Source: Limnobaculum zhutongyuii (GTDB lineage: Bacteria > Pseudomonadota > Gammaproteobacteria > Enterobacterales > Enterobacteriaceae). Taken from it: 24,000 nt of DNA. Positions 1-6,190 of this stretch are shown here, in pieces (within the stretch, counting starts at the first letter, position 1; each line of letters starts with the position of its first letter). The position numbers and the translations under genes are program-made. Location of the stretch: assembly GCF_004295645.1 (NCBI RefSeq), contig NZ_CP034752.1, positions 2,081,809 through 2,105,808 of the forward strand, written 5' to 3'. The notes under the pieces were generated by a model. It did no database searches and was not told the DNA's origin. It saw nothing but the letters and a program-made list of their open reading frames with translations.

Positions 1-817
1 TATGTGGTTTGAACGCTTTAAGGAAGCGAGACTTCTGTAAGCCACCCAAGAAGAAAATATCATTAATATAGATACCCCAATGTTTCAGTGTATCAATCAT
101 GGTCATTTCAGCCGGATCGCTGGAGCTGTTTTGAGAGGTAATCAATGCAACCCGTAACGGTGAGTGATCCAGACTTTCAGAGATGCGTTCTTGCACTTTC
201 GATAATTTGATCAGCAAGTTGGCATGCGGGCCTGGATTAATTGATGTTTCGGACTTACCGTCAGTGATCGCATTAAAAATCCCTGCGTCACCATCAAATG
301 CAAATCTGAGCTGAGGCAATGCAGTTTGTGCAATGGTCTTTTTCGGTGCATATACCAAAGCAGTAGCGCACTGATTGTTCTCCATTACCCGCTTAGCTTC
401 TTGCGTGTCTGTTGTCAGGAACAGGTCAATATAGTATGCATCAAGATAATCGCTAATTGATTCACCAGAAGTAAAAGCCGAACGGGAAATATTTAATCCA
501 CGTTTCTTAATCTCTTTTAATACACGGTAGCCTACTTCTGGGGCATTACGAGAGACCACAACAATTTCAACTACCGGACCTTCATCATTGGCTTTTTTAT
601 GTTCATTCAAGGCCAGTATAGATTTTACCAGCGGCATACCTGCGCCATCATCTAACGGCTTATCTTCATTTCCACGCAGATAGAGACGAAACTCTTTCAT
701 GGCTGAATCAGGATCTTGCTGTAATTTTTCCTGATACATGTCGTTGTCGGCTGATAAATCAAATAGCGCTGTAGCTGAGATACCTATCACCAATGTTTTA
801 GATAGATCGATTGCCAT
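1..817 (-). CDS. 5'-nucleotidase-family protein (cytosolic cN-I-like bacterial family); C-terminus cut by window edge
   Basis: Not in the ORF track because it runs off the edge. My reverse-strand translation from ATG at 817 is open for all 272 codons to position 1 (MAIDLSKTLVIGISATALFDLSADNDMYQEKL...LRFAFDGDAGIF...LGGLQKSRFLKAFKPH). The N-terminal hydrophobic/ALFDL block, the FDGDA motif and the C-terminal FLGG...K..FL block recall the bacterial 5'-nucleotidase family. The family call is from memory only. Confidence 0.55.
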   Translation of the reverse strand, partial: MAIDLSKTLVIGISATALFDLSADNDMYQEKLQQDPDSAMKEFRLYLRGNEDKPLDDGAGMPLVKSILALNEHKKANDEGPVVEIVVVSRNAPEVGYRVLKEIKKRGLNISRSAFTSGESISDYLDAYYIDLFLTTDTQEAKRVMENNQCATALVYAPKKTIAQTALPQLRFAFDGDAGIFNAITDGKSETSINPGPHANLLIKLSKVQERISESLDHSPLRVALITSQNSSSDPAEMTMIDTLKHWGIYINDIFFLGGLQKSRFLKAFKPH

Positions 818-1266
818 AATATTCTTTTATTTCCCTTTAATATTGTAGATGCCCACCCATCCATAGCATTGATTTCAGACATATGGCCTATTATGGGTAA
901 AGTCACTAACCTTTTTGATTAGTCATTTTTAGCGCTTGATGTCTGTATTAGCTATGTCTGTAATCACGTGTCAATTTAACGTTTGTGCCACCGAAATCAA
1001 ATTTATTTTTGTTAAAAACCACACGACTGAAATCCAGTATTCATTATTTCTCATTTTTGTTCCAGTCAGGTTGATGAATGTATTCTATTTTTCTCTATTT
1101 ATTGCACGACAATGGGATTGGTATCTTGTAATAGACACTGATTGCAGGAACTATTCTGAAGTGACTTTAAGCGATTCTTATTATTGTTGTCGAAAGCGAC
1201 TCATAAGCGTGTTTAAGGATATCTGGAGCGTGGTATGATTGCGATGGAATTTAACGGGAATGACTT

Positions 1267-2073
1267 ATGGTAATGTTACTGGCGCTGTTAGCCAAAGTCT
1301 TTATTGGAGCACTGCTGGGCTTGATTATCAGTACTACCGGTGTTGGAGGTGGCGTTCTTATTTTGCCAGTATTGATCTGGTTGTTTGGTATGGACACTTT
1401 GACGGCGGTAGCAACCGCCAATCTGATGTCGATGTTAATGAAGATATCTTCAACCGGCGTTCACTTTCGATTAGGTAATATCCCTTTAAAACGTTCGCTG
1501 ATTATTCTGTCTATTATGTTGCCCAGTACGCTGATTGCCAGTTACGGTATCACACTGCTAGCCAACATTGATGCCTGGCATCAGTATGTTCAACTCAGTA
1601 TCAATATTTTGATTGTATTGGCTATTGCATTGTCACTTTTTATCTTCTGCACCCAGCTGTTTCATCCTGCCGCCCTGGTTAGTGACGCATCCACAAAAAC
1701 AATAACACCGACAACCCGTTTTATTCTCCCTGGAATTGCTGCGGGGATCACTATTGGAGCAACGGGCGTCGGCGGTGGTGTTGTGATGTTACCGATTTTA
1801 ACCAAATATGCCGGGATGAATATCAAACAGGCAATAGGAACTTCGGTATTCGTTACCATGTTGCTTTCGGGTGCTTCTGCGCTGGCGTACGGTCAGGGTG
1901 GCTATACTGATTTACATCTGGCAGTCATACTCAGCCTGGGTTCAATACTCTCGATCCCGCTAGCCAAATACCTACTTAAAAATGTTTCAGAACGCGCTTT
2001 CCAGCTAATCACCTTTATTTTTATTCTTTGCAGCGCGATGACCATGCTTTATCGCTTACTGATATCACATTAG
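1267..2073 (+). CDS. TauE/SafE (YfcA-like) family anion-exporter membrane protein
   Basis: 268 aa, very hydrophobic with about 8 predicted TM segments. It has the internally duplicated GVGGG(V)(L/V)xLP motif (residues ~25 and ~155) typical of the TauE/SafE family. The start could instead be the ATG two codons downstream. Confidence 0.8.
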   Translation: MVMLLALLAKVFIGALLGLIISTTGVGGGVLILPVLIWLFGMDTLTAVATANLMSMLMKISSTGVHFRLGNIPLKRSLIILSIMLPSTLIASYGITLLANIDAWHQYVQLSINILIVLAIALSLFIFCTQLFHPAALVSDASTKTITPTTRFILPGIAAGITIGATGVGGGVVMLPILTKYAGMNIKQAIGTSVFVTMLLSGASALAYGQGGYTDLHLAVILSLGSILSIPLAKYLLKNVSERAFQLITFIFILCSAMTMLYRLLISH

Positions 2074-2115
2074 CCCGTATATTTATCTTAATTGAAATGG
2101 ATATAGGGTTTCTTC
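2074..2115 (+). terminator. Weak candidate terminator after the TauE-like gene
   Basis: CCCGTATAT...ATATAGGG imperfect A/T-rich stem followed by TTTCTTC. It sits between convergent genes. The stem is poor. Confidence 0.3.
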
Positions 2116-2125
2116 ACTGGCTGCA

Positions 2126-2413
2126 TTACTGCCCAACGGTCTCGTACTTCATATATTGACGTACTGATGTCAAAGCAATTTTTAACTCATAGCTTATTCT
2201 TTCTGGTGTATAGCCATCGTCCAACATCCGTTTTATTTGTCGTAAGATGTTCTCTTCATAACCCTTATAGATATAACTGGTTTGAAATGTTGTTTTACAC
2301 GCTTTACAGTAAAATCTGGGATAACCATTTTGGGCTGTCCCGTGCCGGTTAACCGTTTTTGAATCGCCACAGTAATGACAAATTGGTTTAGTCGCTTTCA
2401 TGTTTTCCTCCAA
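2126..2413 (-). CDS. Small zinc-ribbon + helix-turn-helix DNA-binding protein (InsA/IS1-type transposase N-terminal-like, orphan)
   Basis: 95 aa with CxxC-x18-CxxC (CHYCGD...YCKACK) followed by a C-terminal HTH-like segment (PERISYELKIALTSVRQYM). Strong SD: GGAGGAAAAC precedes the ATG. There is no adjacent InsB-like ORF. Confidence 0.6.
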   Translation of the reverse strand: MEENMKATKPICHYCGDSKTVNRHGTAQNGYPRFYCKACKTTFQTSYIYKGYEENILRQIKRMLDDGYTPERISYELKIALTSVRQYMKYETVGQ

Positions 2414-3092
2414 ATAAGAGCCCGCATTAAAGTTTCAACAGGCTCCCTATTTACTTCCAAGTAATAGAGACAGGACTCAAATATTCTGAATTATTGTTTT
2501 TTAAGAAAAATAACCACTAATCACAACGAAATATTGTGACGGCGTTTACAAGTAATTATCTAAGCCCATTCCATTTAATAATACATTAGCACATATTACT
2601 AATGAGATTTAATATTAAATTGAAAGTAAAATCAAAATAAATCGTTATTATCATTTGATCATTTAAAAAACAATCGAAACCACCAATCAAACATCAAGTT
2701 AAATAATTTACACCATATAAATCAATTAATTAAAATAAATCAAAAACATTGTAAATTAGTGATTATTTATAAAACATAAGTCATTATTTATATTTTTAGA
2801 GAATTATTAATTTAAAATAATCACATTTAAATCACAAATATAACTTATTAATCAAGATATAAATTAAAAACAAAAAAAGAATGAAAAATTAAATTAAAAA
2901 GACAGGTAAAAATAAATATTACCAAAATAAAAACAAAAATATATAAGTAAAACCTTATTTATTTATTTTCATATTAAGGTTGATTGCCAATCAAAATAAG
3001 TCATCACTTAAAAACACAAGGCACTACCTTCTTCAAAAGACCATGAAGTCCCCAAAATTAACGCCTAATGTGTTAGCCAATGCTTTTTATTG

Positions 3093-3128
3093 AAAAAAAT
3101 AAAGGCACTCCATTACAGGAGTGCCTTT
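3093..3128 (-). terminator. Rho-independent terminator of the rsr-rtcBA operon
   Basis: Minus strand reads AAAGGCACTCC-TGTAAT-GGAGTGCCTTT followed by ATTTTTTT. This is an 11-bp perfect stem, 50 nt after the rtcA stop. Confidence 0.85.
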
Positions 3129-3177
3129 AATCAGAACGTTGTACTATCCACACTACTGGACAGACTTATTTTTAGCA

Positions 3178-4203
3178 TTATTGCTTCTGAATGTTTACTT
3201 CGATTCCCTGCTCTATCGATTGAATATCAATACGGCAATTTAAAAACTGACAGATAACTAAAGCATTAGTCGAAAGATGATCGGTTATCTCTGAAGTGGT
3301 AAAACATCCTTTCCCCGCGATGGCCATTGGCAACAGCAATTGATCGGCCAAATACTCGCCTACCGCCGCTGATGATTTCAAATAAGCTTGTGCTTCATCA
3401 CAAGCCTCCTGAGCCACTTTAGCTGCTGCTTTGCCTTTAGTGCCAATGGCACAAAATAGTTCGGTTAAATGTTCAAATTGCAATTTTACCAATAGCGCAT
3501 TACCAGCACATCTTGCTGAAGATACATCAATCGAGCTTAGCTTTGATTGTTCAACCTTTAACTGCTGTTTTACAATGTTCAATTCTCTGAAGGCAACTGA
3601 ATCAGGGACATCTGAAATCAACGATTGTGCACCAATATCAATCAACTTACCGCGCTGAGGCAAATGTAACGCTTGCCATTGCTTAACCGGATAAACGACA
3701 ATCTCAACTTCACCGCCACCTGCCGGATAAAAACCACAGCGATGCACTAATAAGGTTGCTTTCGCCCCCATTCGCTCCATTAATGGCAGCCAAACCTGTT
3801 GTAAAAAACTGGTCGATGGTGCCATAGGGTTATGAGTACCACCGCTCAATCTCACCCTACTTTCGCTATGAGCTGACCATAAGGCGGGTAATAGCGTCTG
3901 TAACACCAATGCACAACTGCCAGCGCCTCCTAAATCAAACTGATAGTTTCCGGACTTAATTTGACCTGGAATAAACGTCAATTCCGTTGAGTTTAATATT
4001 GCACCACTGACCTGTGCATCACAAACCTGCTGTGCTGCCAGAATAGCGGTTAAATGTTGGCGCATAATACCGGGCTTGCTTCGCCCGGCTCTGATATGAG
4101 TAAAACGTACGGCTTTACCAGTAATCATCGACAGCGACAATCCGCTGCGGAGAATTTGCCCTCCGCCTTCACCTTTTGAGCCATCAATTTCAATCCATTG
4201 CAC
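3178..4203 (-). CDS. rtcA: RNA 3'-terminal phosphate cyclase RtcA
   Basis: 341 aa. The N-terminus IDGSKGEGGGQILRSGLSLSMITGKAVRFTHIRAGRSKPGIMRQHLTA closely matches the E. coli RtcA signature as I remember it (GEGGGQILRS...IRAGR.KPGL.RQHLTA). GTG start at 4203 with AGGA 7 nt upstream. Confidence 0.95.
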   Translation of the reverse strand: MQWIEIDGSKGEGGGQILRSGLSLSMITGKAVRFTHIRAGRSKPGIMRQHLTAILAAQQVCDAQVSGAILNSTELTFIPGQIKSGNYQFDLGGAGSCALVLQTLLPALWSAHSESRVRLSGGTHNPMAPSTSFLQQVWLPLMERMGAKATLLVHRCGFYPAGGGEVEIVVYPVKQWQALHLPQRGKLIDIGAQSLISDVPDSVAFRELNIVKQQLKVEQSKLSSIDVSSARCAGNALLVKLQFEHLTELFCAIGTKGKAAAKVAQEACDEAQAYLKSSAAVGEYLADQLLLPMAIAGKGCFTTSEITDHLSTNALVICQFLNCRIDIQSIEQGIEVNIQKQ

Positions 4204-4244
4204 TTTAGGTTCCTTTTCATTCTTATACCCAGAGCATCAGATGT

Positions 4245-5468
4245 TTACCCTTTAACGCAAACCACCTGCTTTAAAGTATGAACAATCTCTACCAGCTCTG
4301 ACTGTGCGGTCATCACTGCATCAATATCTTTATAAGCCATAGGTATCTCATCAATAACATCTGAGTCTTTACGGCATTCAACACCCGCCGTGGCTTTGAT
4401 CTGATCCTCGATCGAGAAACGACGTTTTGCTTCGGTACGACTCATTGTTCGACCTGCTCCGTGACTGCAGGAACAGAATGCATCCGGGTTACCTTTTCCT
4501 CGTACGATAAAAGATCGGGCTCCCATAGAACCGGAAATAATCCCCAATTCACCGGCCTGAGCACTCACCGCACCTTTACGAGTTACCAGTACGTCCTGAC
4601 CAAAATGCTGTTCTTTCTGTACATAGTTATGATGGCAGTTCACTGCTTCCATCTCTAAAGTAAAGGGCTTAGTGATTACAGTACGAACTGCAGCAATCAC
4701 GTTATTCATCATCGTTTCACGGTTTAATCGGGCATAACGCTGCGCCCAATCAACGGCAAAAACGTAATCGTTATAATGTTCGCTACCTTCAACCAGATAA
4801 GCTAAATCCTGATGCGGTAGGTTTATAAAGTGTCGTTGCATATCTTTTTTCGCCAGTTCAATAAACAGGCTTCCGATAGCATTACCGATACCACGAGAAC
4901 CGGAGTGCAACATAAACCACACAGCCTGATTCTCATCCAGACAAACTTCGATAAAGTGGTTACCTGTTCCCAAGGTTCCTAAGTGAACCCGATTATTGGT
5001 ATTTTTCAACTTAGGGTACTTATCAATAATCTGCTTAAAGTCAGGATCTAACTGTAACCATGCACGGTTTACCGTTTCAGGCACATCATTCCATGCTCCT
5101 TTATCTCGCTTGGATCGATTAACTTCCCGACCATGCGGTACCGCTCGTTCTATCGCATCTCGCACCGCAGATAAGTTATCCGGTAAATCGCTTGCATGCA
5201 GAGATGTTCTCACCGCAATCATCCCACAACCGATATCCACACCTACCGCAGCGGGAATAATCGCCCCTATGGTAGGAATGACAGAGCCAATGGTTGAACC
5301 TTTACCCAAATGTACGTCCGGCATCACTGCAATATGTTTAAAGATAAACGGCATTTTGGCCGTGTTCTCTAACTGACGCTTAGCCTCGTCTTCAACCGGA
5401 ACTCCCTGAGTCCACATTTTAACCGGGCGACCATTCTCAACGTTCATTACCTGAATTGAGGGTTTCAT
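4245..5468 (-). CDS. rtcB: RNA-splicing ligase RtcB (3'-phosphate/5'-OH RNA ligase)
   Basis: 407 aa. PVKMWTQGVPVE...AKMPFIFKHIAVMPDVHLGKGSTIGSVIPT...AAVGVDIGCGM is nearly identical to E. coli RtcB as I remember it. The catalytic-His block CSHGAGR is present. SD AAGGA lies 7 nt before the ATG. Confidence 0.96.
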   Translation of the reverse strand: MKPSIQVMNVENGRPVKMWTQGVPVEDEAKRQLENTAKMPFIFKHIAVMPDVHLGKGSTIGSVIPTIGAIIPAAVGVDIGCGMIAVRTSLHASDLPDNLSAVRDAIERAVPHGREVNRSKRDKGAWNDVPETVNRAWLQLDPDFKQIIDKYPKLKNTNNRVHLGTLGTGNHFIEVCLDENQAVWFMLHSGSRGIGNAIGSLFIELAKKDMQRHFINLPHQDLAYLVEGSEHYNDYVFAVDWAQRYARLNRETMMNNVIAAVRTVITKPFTLEMEAVNCHHNYVQKEQHFGQDVLVTRKGAVSAQAGELGIISGSMGARSFIVRGKGNPDAFCSCSHGAGRTMSRTEAKRRFSIEDQIKATAGVECRKDSDVIDEIPMAYKDIDAVMTAQSELVEIVHTLKQVVCVKG

Positions 5469-5537
5469 TATTTATCCTTTGTTCTCTTCCATTTCGTTGT
5501 TGGTTTTATCATTTCAACAAGTGGTATTTATAAGGTC

Positions 5538-5663
5538 GGGCGACAAATTTTGGTGAAACATTCACAATGCTCTATCCAACTGAGCTACGGAACCTGGTTA
5601 GATTCCGGCGGGAGTTGAACCCGCGACCTTTGTACTTGGATGTAGTTCCACCGGCATTCGCCC
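5538..5663 (-). ncRNA. Y-RNA-like unit 4 (YrlA-like, with permuted tRNA-like domain)
   Basis: Minus strand: GGGCGA-ATGCC-GGTGGAAC-TACATCCAAG-TACAA-AGGTC-[GCGGG TTCAACT CCCGC]-[CGGAATC TAACCA GGTTCCG]-TA-[GCTC AGTTGGATA GAGC]-A-TTGTG-AAT-GTTTCACC-AAAATTTG-TCGCCC. The 5' and 3' ends pair in two helices (GGGCGA/TCGCCC and GGTGGAAC/GTTTCACC). It has a canonical T-arm, a loop-closed 7-bp acceptor stem, a canonical D-arm and a 5-bp anticodon-stem equivalent (TACAA/TTGTG). Confidence 0.75.
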
Positions 5664-5674
5664 TGTATTTAGCT

Positions 5675-5785
5675 GCGGTAACAAGTATTGTGCGAAACAC
5701 TCGCTCTACCAGTTTGAGCTATTGCTGATTTCTCAGTAACCCGGACTCGAACCGGGAACACTGTAGTTTCGCCTGCATTTACCGC
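5675..5785 (-). ncRNA. Y-RNA-like unit 3 (YrlA-like, with permuted tRNA-like domain)
   Basis: Minus strand: GCGGTAA-ATGCAG-GCGAAAC-TACAGTGTT-[CCCGG TTCGAGT CCGGG]-[TTACTGA GAAA TCAGCAA]-TA-[GCTC AAACTGGTA GAGC]-GAGT-GTTTCGC-ACAATACTTG-TTACCGC. The architecture matches units 1 and 4, with different but complementary helix sequences. Confidence 0.7.
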
Positions 5786-5796
5786 TTATTCGTAAA

Positions 5797-5898
5797 GCAA
5801 ACCGATAACAACCAGTGATGCAGAGATATCTCCTTGCGGAGGCCGGGTTCGAACCGGCTAAACCATGTAATCCCTGCGGGCATTTGTTACCTGTTTGC
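5797..5898 (-). ncRNA. Y-RNA-like unit 2 (short, YrlB-like; T-arm only, no D-arm)
   Basis: Minus strand: GCAAACAGGTAACAA-ATGCCC-GCAGGGAT-TACATGGTTTA-[GCCGG TTCGAAC CCGGC]-[CTCC GCAA GGAG]-AT-ATCTCTGC-ATCACTGG-TTGTTATCGGTTTGC. The outer helix spans 15 positions (13 Watson-Crick pairs, 1 G.U, 1 mismatch). The 8-bp inner helix has 1 G.U. It shares the ATGCC and TACAT motifs with the other units. Confidence 0.6.
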
Positions 5899-5962
5899 GT
5901 TGTTCTGTCATTATTTCAGCAATGACTTAAACTATTTAATCTAACTCTGACCCTGAAAAAGC

Positions 5963-6104
5963 GGAGGACAAAAGTGATGAAACGTATTGGATGCAAGCAT
6001 CCGGTGCTCTGCCTCTGAGCTACGGTTCCATTGTGGCGGAACCGACGGGATTCGAACCCGTGACCTCCTCATTCGTAGTGATGTAGTTCCATCGGCATTC
6101 CTCC
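5963..6104 (-). ncRNA. Y-RNA-like unit 1 (YrlA-like, with permuted tRNA-like domain)
   Basis: Minus strand: GGAGGA-ATGCC-GATGGAAC-TACATCACTACGAATGAGG-AGGTC-[ACGGG TTCGAAT CCCGT]-[CGGTTCC GCCACAAT GGAACCG]-TA-[GCTC AGAGGCA GAGC]-ACC-GGATG CTTG CATCC-AATAC-GTTTCATC-ACTTTTG-TCCTCC. The inner helix covaries with unit 4 (A:T here, G:C there). The exact outer boundary is uncertain because GGAG can alternatively pair in a local CTCC-TGATAAA-GGAG hairpin. Confidence 0.7.
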
Positions 6105-6115
6105 TTTATCAGGAG

Positions 6116-6180
6116 TGGCATAACATTATGATGATCGGGAAGACAAACTTCTTACCACCTTGCTTTTAACTGTTATGCCA
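6116..6180 (-). other. 65-nt stem-loop immediately downstream of the rsr stop codon
   Basis: The minus-strand arms TGGCATAACA and TGTTATGCCA form a 10-bp perfect stem. It encloses an internal GGTAAGA/TCTTCCC hairpin. Function unknown; it could be a processing or stability element, or the 5' part of unit 1. Confidence 0.5.
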
Positions 6181-6190
6181 CGATGCTCAG

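Noticed and set aside
936-1478. Track ORFs 936-1238 (100 aa) and 1239-1478 (79 aa).
   Set aside because: They have Cys/Trp/Tyr-rich odd composition and no SD. The second overlaps the TauE-like gene in another frame. This is probably the non-coding divergent promoter region.
2126-2413. An IS1-family insertion sequence.
   Set aside because: Only an InsA-like small ORF is present. There is no InsB frame and no recognisable terminal inverted repeats or target duplication. I do not call it a mobile element.
2521-2539. TCACAA-N7-TTGTGA palindrome as a CRP site.
   Set aside because: The half-sites are in the opposite orientation and spacing to the CRP consensus (TGTGA-N6-TCACA). I kept it only as a possible operator mention.
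5560-6065. Canonical tRNA genes, suggested by perfect T-arm (GGTTCGAATCC-type) and D-arm (GTAGCTCAG...GAGC) matches on the minus strand.
   Set aside because: In every copy the T-arm lies 5' of the D-arm and the acceptor stem is closed by a loop. No normal anticodon arm lies between the D- and T-arms. The order is incompatible with a functional linear tRNA gene. I interpret them as tRNA-like domains of Y-like RNAs.
5538-6104. Possible CRISPR array or other direct-repeat array, because of four recurring motifs.
   Set aside because: The units are about 100-140 nt structured RNAs with divergent sequence and conserved pairing, not short identical repeats separated by unique spacers. No cas genes are present.
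5987-6169. 60-aa plus-strand ORF from the track.
   Set aside because: It lies antisense across Y-like unit 1, has no SD and has implausible composition. The sequence is better explained by RNA structure.
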